From: Candidatus Micrarchaeaceae archaeon
GTDB lineage: Archaea > Micrarchaeota > Micrarchaeia > Micrarchaeales > CABMGC01
Length of the DNA stretch: 64,000 bases
Assembly (NCBI GenBank): GCA_038878295.1
Contig: JAVZVY010000001.1
Coordinates: forward strand, 1 to 64,000
Reading direction: 5' to 3'
Position 1 is the first letter of the stretch. Each line of letters begins with the position of its first letter. The position numbers and the translations under genes were made by a program. Below the pieces are notes generated by a model, which saw nothing but the letters and a program-made list of their open reading frames with translations, did no database searches and was not told the DNA's origin. Positions 49,678 through 59,472 of this stretch are shown in pieces.

Positions 49678-51300
49678 TTATTTTGCAAGCGCTTGGCTCT
49701 GCTCGTGCATAAATTGCTGCAGATAAAATTTGCTTCCCGTGCCTTTGCCAGTCAGGCCGCTGCCCTTCCAGCCCACGAATGTATGGAAGCCCACTATAGC
49801 TCCAGTTGTGGCGCTGATAGCCCTGTTGACATAAACGACGCCAGCCTGTATTTTGTTGAGGAATTCTTTTATCTCGCTTCTCTTGGTGCTGTAAAGCCCA
49901 GCTGTGAGCCCGTATTCCACGTCATTTGCCTTCTCAAGCGCTTCATCGAAAGTTTTGTATGTGGTTATAACAAGAAATGGCAGGAACAACTCTTCGTGGA
50001 AGAGCCTGTTGGCGTGGTCAAGCTCTGCAAGAACAGGCTCGACGTAAGCGCCATCGAGGCCTACTGATACTGACTTGCCGCCGTATATCAGGTTGCCGCT
50101 TTTCTTCGCCTCTTCGACTGCCTGCCTGTATTTATCCATGGCTTTCTGGCTTATCAACGGGCCCATATAAACATCTTTCTGCAGCGGATTGCCTATCTTG
50201 AACGACCTCATTTTGTCAATGAGCTTGCTTATGAATTCCTCCTTTACGGATTCGTGCACATAAACCCTCGAGCATGCGCTGCATTTCTGGCCGTCATAGC
50301 CGAATGCCGCACTCGCTATGCCAGAAGCCGCGTCGTCAAGATTAGCATATTTCGAGACTATAGCAGGATTTTTGCCGCCCATTTCAACGATGAAAACCTT
50401 CTGCTTGCCTGACGCATAGTTCTTGGCAATCATGCCAATTCCAGTGCTCCTCGAACCTGTGAAGACTATGCCAGCAACCTTGTCGCTTGTTGCAAGCTCA
50501 TCCCCGACTTCAGAGCCAGGACCCGTGACATAGTTGAAAACGCCGTCGGGAACCCCCGCTTCCTTGAAGATCTCGTAAATCTTGTAGCCTGTAAGCATAG
50601 ACATGTTATCAGTGGAAGAGGGTTTGAACACGACTGTGTTGCCGGTTATGAGGGCACCTGTGCTCATGCCTACCGAAATGGATATCGGAAAGTTGAACGG
50701 CGCTACAACGCCGAAGACACCGTATGGCTTCATTGCTATAACTATATCCTCTTCCGCGCTCGGCGCGCCCTGGAAGCCTTTCTCAGATTTCTTTTCTGCG
50801 CCTGCCAGCTTCGTTTTCCTTATGTAGCCTTTGTTTATTTCCATTTCGTTTGCATAGTACCTTAGGAAGTCTATAGCTTCGTCGACTTCGCCCATAGATT
50901 CGTATCTCGTCTTGCCGTTTTCTATGCTCAGTATTGCTCCGACTATGAACTTGTCCCTTGCAAAGATTTCCGCGGCCTTTCTAAATATTGCGACCCTTTC
51001 CTTGTAGTCTGTGTTGGCCCAGCTCTCAAAGGCGGATGCTGCTGCTTCTATTGCAAGCCTTGCACTGGCCCTGTCGCCCTTCTGAAAACGTCCTATAATA
51101 GACTTGTCTATAGGGGAGTATTCGACGAGTTCCTCGTTTGCAAATGCTTCCTTGCCACCTATGATCATTGGGAACTTTCTGCCAAGGACATTCTTTTTCA
51201 CGTATTCGACTGCTTCGTCGAAGTTCCTGTCAAATTCGTCTTCCCTGCCGCTTTCCACAAATTTTTTGTAAGTGAATTCATTTTCAAAAGTGCCCCTCGT
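49678..51300 (-). CDS. Aldehyde dehydrogenase, probably 1-pyrroline-5-carboxylate dehydrogenase
   Basis: APFNFP, FTGS, EMGGKN, GQKCSAC, EELF.P, YGLTAG. The frame is open up to ACG at 51300 (TRGTFENEFTYKKF...); the ORF track starts at GTG 51258. Confidence 0.88.
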   Translation of the reverse strand, partial: TRGTFENEFTYKKFVESGREDEFDRNFDEAVEYVKKNVLGRKFPMIIGGKEAFANEELVEYSPIDKSIIGRFQKGDRASARLAIEAAASAFESWANTDYKERVAIFRKAAEIFARDKFIVGAILSIENGKTRYESMGEVDEAIDFLRYYANEMEINKGYIRKTKLAGAEKKSEKGFQGAPSAEEDIVIAMKPYGVFGVVAPFNFPISISVGMSTGALITGNTVVFKPSSTDNMSMLTGYKIYEIFKEAGVPDGVFNYVTGPGSEVGDELATSDKVAGIVFTGSRSTGIGMIAKNYASGKQKVFIVEMGGKNPAIVSKYANLDDAASGIASAAFGYDGQKCSACSRVYVHESVKEEFISKLIDKMRSFKIGNPLQKDVYMGPLISQKAMDKYRQAVEEAKKSGNLIYGGKSVSVGLDGAYVEPVLAELDHANRLFHEELFLPFLVITTYKTFDEALEKANDVEYGLTAGLYSTKRSEIKEFLNKIQAGVVYVNRAISATTGAIVGFHTFVGWKGSGLTGKGTGSKFYLQQFMHEQSQALAK

Positions 51301-51371
51301 TTAACCACCGTATTTTTAGCGCATGATAAAAATAATAATGTTGCACGCGCGCATTTGAAAAACAGTATACG

Positions 51372-51782
51372 CTATTTCGCTATTTCGTTGACTACAGCTG
51401 GATATGCATGCCTCACGCCGTTCGTGCCTTCTATCTCCTTCAGCCTTTGAGCAAGCTCGTCCCTTCGCACGATGATTCTCGCGATTGCTGAGTGATCGCC
51501 AGAGGTAAGGTAAAGCTCCTTGACGAAATCGAGCCTTTTGAGTGTCTCGAGGGTATCCATATAGCTTTCTGGAGCTACGTCTAGGCCCACAAACACATCT
51601 TCCATGCCAAGCTGCTTGAAGCGAGCCCTGGGCTCATAGCCCAGAAGCAGGCCTGACTTTGTCATGGCTTTCAGTCTGTTGCGCAGGGTACCCTTGCTTA
51701 TGCCGCACAGCTTAGCAATGCGCGATGGCTTCCTGTCATGGAAGAGGGTTTCAACAATCTTCAAATCAAGAGCATCAGTCAA
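51372..51782 (-). CDS. Lrp/AsnC family transcriptional regulator
   Basis: LDLKIV..L....IAKLCGISKGTLRNRLKAM HTH; C-terminal LY.TSGDH RAM domain. Confidence 0.9.
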   Translation of the reverse strand: MTDALDLKIVETLFHDRKPSRIAKLCGISKGTLRNRLKAMTKSGLLLGYEPRARFKQLGMEDVFVGLDVAPESYMDTLETLKRLDFVKELYLTSGDHSAIARIIVRRDELAQRLKEIEGTNGVRHAYPAVVNEIAK

Positions 51783-51873
51783 AAAATCACATTTTTTAAT
51801 ATTTTAATCATAAAAATTAATCAAAAGATAAATATTTATATCTTTTGTATCAATAATTAATAACGGTGATTAT

Positions 51874-52470
51874 ATGCAGAGTCTTTTGGAAATAAATTCT
51901 GAAGCACCAGAGATAAGGGCCAACGCATGGTTTCCGGAAACGCATGAAATAAAGGAGTTCAGGCTCAGTAGCAAGCGCGGCAAGTGGGTAGTGCTTACTT
52001 TCTACCCAGGCGATTTCACGTTCGTCTGCGCGACAGATATTGAAGCTTTCATGGAAAAACATGATGAATTCAAAAAGAATGGCGCAGAGATATACGGTAT
52101 AAGCACTGATAGCGTGTATTCGCACAAGGCTTGGAGCGAAACTTCGCCAAGGGTAAAGAAAAGCGTAATACCGCTTATAGAAGACTTCACCAAGAAGATT
52201 GCATCTGATTATGGTTTCCTAAATGCGGAAACCGGAGCCGCAAGAAGAGGCACAGTAATAATAGATCCTGAGGGAAAAGTACAGTACGTATCGATACACA
52301 ATGACGCACTTGGAAAAGACGCAGAACACATCTACACCGCATTTATGGGCCTCAAGTATGTGCATGACACAAAGACAAAAGATGGGCACATGTGCGGCAT
52401 ACCTGCAAACTGGCGCGTTGGCAAAAAGGCACTCGACATAGATATAGTCAACGACATAGGCAAGCTCTGA
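51874..52470 (+). CDS. Peroxiredoxin (AhpC/TSA family)
   Basis: FYPGDFTFVC (peroxidatic Cys), STDS.YSH.AW, RGTVIIDPEG, PANW. Confidence 0.92.
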   Translation: MQSLLEINSEAPEIRANAWFPETHEIKEFRLSSKRGKWVVLTFYPGDFTFVCATDIEAFMEKHDEFKKNGAEIYGISTDSVYSHKAWSETSPRVKKSVIPLIEDFTKKIASDYGFLNAETGAARRGTVIIDPEGKVQYVSIHNDALGKDAEHIYTAFMGLKYVHDTKTKDGHMCGIPANWRVGKKALDIDIVNDIGKL

Positions 52471-52568
52471 TTTGCATGCCTTTCATGAATTCGTTATGGG
52501 CAGAGCGGAAGCTATACAAAATAAGAACGAAAACAAAATAAAAGAAATCAACCGCCCAGAAAGTAGGG

Positions 52569-52913
52569 TTATGCTTCTGCGCCTTCGTCTGCGCTTTCGC
52601 CAGAACCAGAAGGCTCAGGATTCGATTCAGAGCTGGCTGCAGACGACGCTTCGCCTATCTTTTCGCCGGTTGCATATCGAGCCCTGACGTCAGTTATCTT
52701 TATCCTTACCTTGTCGCCCTGCTTGGCCCCGCTTACAAAAATCACGAAGCCGTCTTTCTTCGCTATTCCGTCGCCTTTGGATGCGACAGCATCTATGGTC
52801 ACATCCAGTACGTCTCCAACCTTCACAGGTTTAGGCAGAAAATAGTTCGGTTTTATGTCGCGACCTTCCCTATTGCCTCTGCCTTCTCTTCCATATCCTC
52901 TTCTGTCATCCAT
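52569..52913 (-). CDS. Single TRAM-domain protein (RNA chaperone)
   Basis: KPVKVGD..DV.I.....KGDGIAK.DGFVIFV.GA..GD.V.I.I; GGAGG SD. Confidence 0.9.
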   Translation of the reverse strand: MDDRRGYGREGRGNREGRDIKPNYFLPKPVKVGDVLDVTIDAVASKGDGIAKKDGFVIFVSGAKQGDKVRIKITDVRARYATGEKIGEASSAASSESNPEPSGSGESADEGAEA

Positions 52914-53079
52914 ATACTTTCCTCCGTAGGATTAGCGTTTTACGCCTTACTACTTGATAGTATTAGCAAGCTATTACTTTATAAGTGTTTGCTTTTGCCA
53001 CAACGAGGAATGATTTTGCACAACGCAAAGTGCAGAAAAATATATAAAGGACAACGCATTAATTTGATAGTGTGGTATA

Positions 53080-53394
53080 ATGAGCTATGCCATCTTGGAG
53101 AGGGACCTGGATGAGAATAAGGACCCAAAGAATGCAGTAGAAAGCTTTGCGATAGCACTTGAAGAGGCAAGTGGAGAAATTAGAATGGGGTCTACGCCGC
53201 ACTGGGAACTCAGAAGTCTCATAGAAAATATAGAAAAAGAATACTATGCCGCCGAAACTTCATTTGATTATTATAACCTTTTAGAGAACATAAAGTTGGA
53301 CCTCAGTAATTTCAGGAAAAGGCATCCGAAGGAAGCAGAGCAGCTTGACAATTTCCTTAAGGGGCAGGGCTTAGAATCTGTAATAAGATATTGA
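53080..53394 (+). CDS. Hypothetical protein
   Basis: 104 aa acidic helical ORF with TATA and SD-like elements upstream. Confidence 0.65.
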   Translation: MSYAILERDLDENKDPKNAVESFAIALEEASGEIRMGSTPHWELRSLIENIEKEYYAAETSFDYYNLLENIKLDLSNFRKRHPKEAEQLDNFLKGQGLESVIRY

Positions 53395-53397
53395 TTG

Positions 53398-54039
53398 CTA
53401 AAGTGCTTTTCTTAATTCTTCAAGGCTATCAAAAATAAAGTCTGGTTTAGCTTTTTTTAAGCTAGTTCGATTTGACATTCCGCCCAGCACAGCGCAAGAT
53501 GTAATGCCGGCAAACTTTGCAGTAAAGACATCGACCGGCATGTCGCCTATGTAGATGCTTTTGCTCTTTTCCGATTTAAGTGACCTGACTATGGTGTTTA
53601 GCCCGTCTGGATAGGGCTTAAATGCGTTTATTTCATCTGCCGAAATTAAAAAATCTATATAGTCGGCCATGCCGAGCATTCTCAGTTCCCTAATCAGTCT
53701 GTATCTCTTGCCATCAGAAAATATGGCTATTTGCTTTCTTTTGCTTCTGAGGTATTGCAGCAATTCTATGGCTCCTTCGCGTGGCTTTGGTTTGCCAAAA
53801 ACAAGGTATATGCTGTATAGGAACTCGTACACCACACTCCAGTGAATTTCGTTCTCTTCTGCATTGCGCATTATTCTAGATTCGCTCATAGAACTTTTAG
53901 TATATTCATTAGCATGGGCTGTTATGTAGTCAGCACCGTAGCGCCTTTTGAAAAATCTTGAAATGCGCACTAGGAATGTTGATGTTGAGAGGGTTCCATC
54001 CCAGTCAAATATAAATGTTCTGTAATCAGAGATTTGCAT
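53398..54039 (-). CDS. HAD-family hydrolase (phosphoglycolate phosphatase-like)
   Basis: IFDWDGTL, KP.P, YIGD..VD motifs. Confidence 0.9.
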   Translation of the reverse strand: MQISDYRTFIFDWDGTLSTSTFLVRISRFFKRRYGADYITAHANEYTKSSMSESRIMRNAEENEIHWSVVYEFLYSIYLVFGKPKPREGAIELLQYLRSKRKQIAIFSDGKRYRLIRELRMLGMADYIDFLISADEINAFKPYPDGLNTIVRSLKSEKSKSIYIGDMPVDVFTAKFAGITSCAVLGGMSNRTSLKKAKPDFIFDSLEELRKAL

Positions 54040-54130
54040 AGGATTAATAACTTTATCAACAAATAAAAGAATATATGATGAAAAATAATAATCGCTGAGC
54101 TATTCGCTGTGAAGAAAGATAGGCGGTCTG

Positions 54131-54997
54131 ATGTATTTGAAAGAAAGCGTCATGCATAAGCTAGGAAAACGTGCTATATCTGTGAGCGATATCGCCAGCC
54201 AGTTCTGGTGCGAGAAGCAAATGGAATTAAACTACATGTATGGCAAAAGGTATACTGAAGCAATGGCTATGGGGAGCAAAATCCACGGAGAGCTCGAAGA
54301 GGCCGCGCATGAGAAGCTTGATGCGGAACCGAAGACATTTACAGATTCTTTATACAAATCTGCATATGAAAACTACTCAGTAATAAGAAAACTTGTGGAG
54401 ATTGGCGTCGGAAGGGAATTGAAAATTTTTGGATCTATAAATGGTTACGCACTCTCAGGCCAGATAGACGAGCTTCTTCTTAAAAACGGAAAAATTACAG
54501 TGGTCGAAAACAAGACCACATCATCTCAAGGCTCTCCTGAGTATGCGTATATTAAATCGCACAAGGTGCAGGTCCTTCTCTATGTAAAGATGCTCGACGA
54601 TATAAAAAGCGGCAAATATAGTTATGATAACTTTTCTGCAAGCTATAACATTGCAGAGAGGAAATTGTCAAAAGAATTTTCGTCAAGATTAAATGAGCTC
54701 GGAATCAGCACCGAAAAAGCAAGCATTGAGGATGTGTTCAAGAGGATGTTCGATTCCATATTGCAGCTTCCGGAAATAAGTAAGAGCACAGAATTGCATT
54801 ACATTGATAAGGTCACACATAAGCAGGTCTATTCAATCGGAATAGATTACAAAGAGGATGAAGTTAGGAATATGCTTGTATATTCGATGAAGTACTGGAA
54901 TGGGGAAAGAGAGGCAAAACCTGTAGATGAAGAAGAAAAATGGAAGTGCACTTCTTGCAGGTTTTTCGGCAAGGAATGTAAGGTATGGTGGTCATAA
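54131..54997 (+). CDS. Exonuclease V (Exo5)/Cas4-like PD-(D/E)xK nuclease with Fe-S cluster Cys motif
   Basis: ISVSDIASQFWCEKQ, G..IH, GQIDEL..VVENKT, Q..LY, C-terminal CxxC-x6-C. Confidence 0.8.
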   Translation: MYLKESVMHKLGKRAISVSDIASQFWCEKQMELNYMYGKRYTEAMAMGSKIHGELEEAAHEKLDAEPKTFTDSLYKSAYENYSVIRKLVEIGVGRELKIFGSINGYALSGQIDELLLKNGKITVVENKTTSSQGSPEYAYIKSHKVQVLLYVKMLDDIKSGKYSYDNFSASYNIAERKLSKEFSSRLNELGISTEKASIEDVFKRMFDSILQLPEISKSTELHYIDKVTHKQVYSIGIDYKEDEVRNMLVYSMKYWNGEREAKPVDEEEKWKCTSCRFFGKECKVWWS

Positions 54998-57676
54998 ATG
55001 GTATTGGAGGAAATTAAACTGAGTAAGGAAGCGCTTGCAGAAAAATTCTCAAAAGACTACAAAAGATATTATCATGTTGAACTTTTTGATAAAAAGGGAT
55101 TCACTAGGCACAAATGTAGGATATGTGGCAGCTATTTTTGGAGCATAGAAGATAGGGATGTGTGCGAAAAACCAGAGCATACAAAATACGGCTTTTTCAG
55201 AGACAAACCAAGAAGCATAAGTTATACAGATTTCTGGAAACGCTTTGCAGACTTCTTCAAGAGCAACGGCCATAGCGTCATAAATAGGTATCCAGTAGTG
55301 AGCAGGTGGAGGCCCGATCTTTACTTTACTATAGCAGATGTGCAAGACTTTCAGAGACTTGAAAATGGGCATATAAGCTTCGAATACCCTGCTAACCCGT
55401 TGGTTGTGCCGCAGATATGCTTGCGTTTTACTGACATAGAGAATGTTGGCGTTACCGGAAGGCATTTCACTGGGTTCATGATGGCTGGCCAAAAGGCCTT
55501 CAATTATCCTAAGGAAGGTTATTGGCGAGACAGGACCATAGAATTAAATTTTGAATTCCTTACCAAGGTTTTAGGCATCGACGAAAATGATATAGTATAT
55601 AGCGAAGACGCCTGGGCTATGGGCGACTTCTCTGAATTCGGGCCATGCCTAGAAAGCTATTCAAAAGGGCTTGAGCTGGTAAACAACGTATTCACAGAAT
55701 TCGAGTATTCAAACGGTAAAATAAGCGAACTCGAAGGCAAAGTGGTTGACGTGGGCTGGGGTTTTGAGAGACTGCTTTGGTATTACACTGGCCTTGACAA
55801 TGCATATGAAGCCACATTTGCTAATGTGCTCAGAAAAATAAGAGGCGGGTCTAGCGTAGACTTTGATACCGCACTGTTTAGGAGGTTTGCCGCAGTGTCA
55901 GGGGAATTTGATGTGACTGAAATGAAGAATCCATCAGAAATCGAGAATAAGATATTGAAAAATTCCGGAATTACAAAATCAGAATACGAAAATAAAATAA
56001 AACCTATGCAAGCAACATATGCTATTTTAGACCATATCCGCACACTGTTGTTTGCAATTACTGACAGTGCGCTTCCATCTAATATGGGAGGAGGCTATAA
56101 TCTTAGGGTAATACTGCGCAGAGCTCTTTCGTTCGCAGAGAAATACAAACTGAAACTTGATTTTAATGAAATAGCTGAGCTAATTGCAAGCGACATGAAG
56201 CCGCTTTATCCAGAACTTTCTGAAAGTCTCGATACTTTTGACAAAGTCATTGCGATAGAAAAGGATAGATACAGCAAAAGCATTGCAAACGCTACGCAAA
56301 TTGCTGAGCGCATAATCTCTTCTAGCAAAAGCGTGTCTGCTAAGGAGCTCAAAACTCTTTATGAAAGCAATGGCGTGACTCCCGAAATGTTAAGCGAAAT
56401 AGCTGCAAAGAAAGGTGCAACTATTAATATTCCCGAAGGCGCTTACAAAGATATACTCGAAGGCGATTTCGCGAAGCCTGAAAAAAGAGAAAGGATTGAA
56501 ATAGAGCTTCCGAAACTACCTAAAACAGAAAAACTGTACTACAGCTTCGCAACGAAAGCAAAAGCGAAAGTGCTGTTTGTAAAGGGCAAGTACATAGTGC
56601 TTGACAAGACGCCATTTTACCCTGAGGGAGGTGGGCAGGCAGCTGATACAGGATTTATAGATGATATAAAAATTGATGACGTACAGAAAATCAATGATGT
56701 GATAGTGCATGTTGCAAATGAGGATGTTGAAAACAAACTCCGCGCCGGAGCACTTGTTAGTGCAAGCGTGAATGAAGAAAGAAGAAATAGGCTTATTGCA
56801 CATCATACTGCGACTCATCTCATTAGCGCGGCTGCGAGGGCTGTTCTTGGAAAACACGCATGGCAGGAAGGTGCAAGAAAGGACCCAGAAAAAGCGCATA
56901 TAGACATAGCTCATTATGATAAGCTCACAGAAAAAGAAATAGAGAGTATAGAAACAATGGTAAATAATCAACTAAGGGACGGCATAACAGTAGAAGCAAC
57001 CGAAATGGAGCGAGGAGAGGCCGAGAGCAAATATGGTTTTGCGATATACCAAGGTCACGGAGTACCATCTAAGATAATGAGAATAATAACTATCAGATCA
57101 AAAGACGGCTCGCTTATAGACGCAGAGGCATGCGGGGGATTGCACGCTGTTGGGCGCGAAAATTTAATACGCATTGTAAAGATAATAGATTCGTATAGGA
57201 TACACGATGGCGTCGACAGGATAGTCTTTGTCGCTGGCGATGCCGCATTGGATTACTTTAGGAAAGAGCACAAAGAGCTTGGGCGGATAGCGGAATCCTT
57301 AAATTCTGAATTGGGAAATGCTTATGACGCTCTTGAAAGGTTACAGAAATATGCGCTAGAGCTGCGTAAGAACAATGAAAGTTACAAAGAGATTATAGGA
57401 AACGAATTCGGCGCGTTGCTTGCTGAGAAGAGCATATCAGGCGTTGAGAGGGAGTTTAAAAGGATGCCTGTTGACATGATGAGGAAGATTGCCTCAGGTT
57501 ATATATCGCTCAATCCCAAAGGGTACATACTGCTAAGCAATTCTGATGGCGGTGTAGTCTGCATGAGTGGCAAGGATTCTGAAACAAATGCGCTCGAATT
57601 GCTTAGGAAGAAATTTGGAAGCAAGTTCAGAGGAGGCGGCTCAAAGTCGCTTGCAGAAGGTCGTATAGAAAGGTGA
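54998..57676 (+). CDS. alaS: Alanine-tRNA ligase (archaeal type)
   Basis: YPVVSRWR.D, GRH.T.F.M, DVGWGFER, FYPEGGGQ..D.G, HTATH, ACGG.H. Confidence 0.96.
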   Translation: MVLEEIKLSKEALAEKFSKDYKRYYHVELFDKKGFTRHKCRICGSYFWSIEDRDVCEKPEHTKYGFFRDKPRSISYTDFWKRFADFFKSNGHSVINRYPVVSRWRPDLYFTIADVQDFQRLENGHISFEYPANPLVVPQICLRFTDIENVGVTGRHFTGFMMAGQKAFNYPKEGYWRDRTIELNFEFLTKVLGIDENDIVYSEDAWAMGDFSEFGPCLESYSKGLELVNNVFTEFEYSNGKISELEGKVVDVGWGFERLLWYYTGLDNAYEATFANVLRKIRGGSSVDFDTALFRRFAAVSGEFDVTEMKNPSEIENKILKNSGITKSEYENKIKPMQATYAILDHIRTLLFAITDSALPSNMGGGYNLRVILRRALSFAEKYKLKLDFNEIAELIASDMKPLYPELSESLDTFDKVIAIEKDRYSKSIANATQIAERIISSSKSVSAKELKTLYESNGVTPEMLSEIAAKKGATINIPEGAYKDILEGDFAKPEKRERIEIELPKLPKTEKLYYSFATKAKAKVLFVKGKYIVLDKTPFYPEGGGQAADTGFIDDIKIDDVQKINDVIVHVANEDVENKLRAGALVSASVNEERRNRLIAHHTATHLISAAARAVLGKHAWQEGARKDPEKAHIDIAHYDKLTEKEIESIETMVNNQLRDGITVEATEMERGEAESKYGFAIYQGHGVPSKIMRIITIRSKDGSLIDAEACGGLHAVGRENLIRIVKIIDSYRIHDGVDRIVFVAGDAALDYFRKEHKELGRIAESLNSELGNAYDALERLQKYALELRKNNESYKEIIGNEFGALLAEKSISGVEREFKRMPVDMMRKIASGYISLNPKGYILLSNSDGGVVCMSGKDSETNALELLRKKFGSKFRGGGSKSLAEGRIER

Positions 57677-57680
57677 TCTC

Positions 57681-58232
57681 ATGGCTTACTATACTAGGAA
57701 GGGCGATAATGGCAATTCTTCAACGATCTCGTTTGCTAACATTCCGAAAAGCGATCCTATTTTCGATGCTATAGGCAATGTTGATGAGCTCAACAGCGCC
57801 ATAGGAATCACTATTTCACATATAAGAGATGATACGCTTAAAGGAATGCTTGAAGATGTTCAAAACGACCTTTTTATTTTAGGCGCTGAACTCGCATCGC
57901 TAAAAAATACAGCGATTCCCATAAAGGCTAAAGTAAGCGATAAAATGACAGAAAAGCTGGAAGCTGAAATAGAAAGGCTCTCAGCAAACCTTCCAGAGCT
58001 TAAAGAGTTTGTGATTCCAGGCGGAACTGAAGGAGCAGCATACTTGCAGTTTGCCAGGTCCTTAGCGAGAAGGGCAGAGCGCAGCATAGTTGCGGCTTCA
58101 GCAAAGTACGAAATAGGGGCCGCAATCAAAAAATATGCGAATAGGCTCTCAACTTTGCTCTTTGTCGCAGCCTTGTACGTAAACTTCCAGGAAAAAACTG
58201 CAGAAAGGCATCCTAAATATGGCGAATCCTGA
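57681..58232 (+). CDS. pduO: PduO-type ATP:cob(I)alamin adenosyltransferase
   Basis: YTRKGD.G, G.VDELNS.IG, Q.DLF.LGAELA, F..PGG, RRAER, NRLS..LF. Confidence 0.92.
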   Translation: MAYYTRKGDNGNSSTISFANIPKSDPIFDAIGNVDELNSAIGITISHIRDDTLKGMLEDVQNDLFILGAELASLKNTAIPIKAKVSDKMTEKLEAEIERLSANLPELKEFVIPGGTEGAAYLQFARSLARRAERSIVAASAKYEIGAAIKKYANRLSTLLFVAALYVNFQEKTAERHPKYGES

Positions 58233-58233
58233 A

Positions 58234-58692
58234 TCACGCGTTAAAGTATTCTCTGAATTTTGTTGTTATGTAAAGCTTCTTACTTCTTCCACTCCTTTTT
58301 GATGAAAGAAATTCCTTTTCCAAGAGTTCTTTAACATATGCGTATGTTGTTTCACCAAAAATTTTTACTATATTGCTCTGCAGCTCTCCATCGTTCTTGC
58401 TTATATATGCTAGGATTCTAAGCGCGCCTTTTGTTATATCCGGGCCTGCAGCCAATTTGCTGACCATCGAAGCATACGGCTCTTTGACATTTATAGTGTA
58501 TTTGCCTCCTATCTCTGAGATTTCAAGTGGCGTATTCCTTGTGGAAAACTCGCTAACCAGCTCTTTGAGAAGAGACTCAACATAACCTGGAGAGGCGATG
58601 CCTGTTATATCAGACAATTCTTTTATACTCAATGGATTCTGCGACATAAAAAGTGCGGCTTCGATTAGCTTCTTGTAATCAATGCTTTCCAT
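58234..58692 (-). CDS. scpB: SMC-Scp complex subunit ScpB
   Basis: IEAALF...P, L.ILAYI, GR...Y.TT.KF..YF; follows scpA. Confidence 0.88.
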   Translation of the reverse strand: MESIDYKKLIEAALFMSQNPLSIKELSDITGIASPGYVESLLKELVSEFSTRNTPLEISEIGGKYTINVKEPYASMVSKLAAGPDITKGALRILAYISKNDGELQSNIVKIFGETTYAYVKELLEKEFLSSKRSGRSKKLYITTKFREYFNA

Positions 58693-58696
58693 CCCA

Positions 58697-59410
58697 TCAG
58701 CTATTAAGCATTATGAATATCTCGCCAAAAAATTTCTCCTGAGTCATGATTATTTTGTTTCTGCTAGCGAGGAACAACAGTGGGACGAATATCTCTAGCA
58801 TAAAGTCCTTACCGCTTAGAATGTTAATCAGCCTGCTGAATGTAAGCATCTTCTCCTTGTCGACATTGCGAACTATCAGAGCGTATAGTTCTTCTATTGT
58901 TTCTTCTATATTGAAGGCATTTAACTGGATTGGGATACTTACAGAGGTCGCATGCATCTGCGTCTCTTTTATGTGCTTAAGCTGCATTGCTTCGTCAAGC
59001 GCTTCCAACAGCTCCTGCAGCGTCACCCGTCTCTTGATGGGCAGTCTAAGCCTAGGCACAAGCTCGTATGTTGGCATTTGGCGCTGGATGGTACCCGTTT
59101 CATCTGCAGCTTCAACCTTTTCTTCTTCTAATTCTATTGTTTCACTTTTGAATCTTAGTAGAATCGATGCGGCAAGTATTATGTTTGCGGGCATACGCAA
59201 ATCCAATATTTTCATAAGCTTTATTTCTTCAATGTATTTGTCAACTATTTCTACTATGTCTATATTCCATGGGTCTATCTTGTTCTTTCGCACCAAGTCT
59301 ATCAGGATATCTTTCCAGGTGACCTCTCTTATTAGGCCTTCGAGGTCTATGCTGCCGCCATTGTTGCCCATAGCTACTGTTTGCGCAAATGCATTTTCAC
59401 CAGTCGCCAT
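58697..59410 (-). CDS. scpA: Kleisin ScpA
   Basis: IDPWNIDI..I.DKY, ILAASILLR.KS, R.VTL.EL..AL, F..LLFL...Q..FFGEI. Confidence 0.9.
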   Translation of the reverse strand: MATGENAFAQTVAMGNNGGSIDLEGLIREVTWKDILIDLVRKNKIDPWNIDIVEIVDKYIEEIKLMKILDLRMPANIILAASILLRFKSETIELEEEKVEAADETGTIQRQMPTYELVPRLRLPIKRRVTLQELLEALDEAMQLKHIKETQMHATSVSIPIQLNAFNIEETIEELYALIVRNVDKEKMLTFSRLINILSGKDFMLEIFVPLLFLASRNKIIMTQEKFFGEIFIMLNS

Positions 59411-59472
59411 GATATTATTTTGTTAAGAAGTAATAAATAACTTACTAGCCAATATAATCTGCGGGGGTCTTT

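Noticed and set aside
54131..54997. CRISPR-Cas locus
   Set aside because: Only a solo Cas4/Exo5-like gene is present; no repeats-spacers, cas1 or cas2 were seen in the window.
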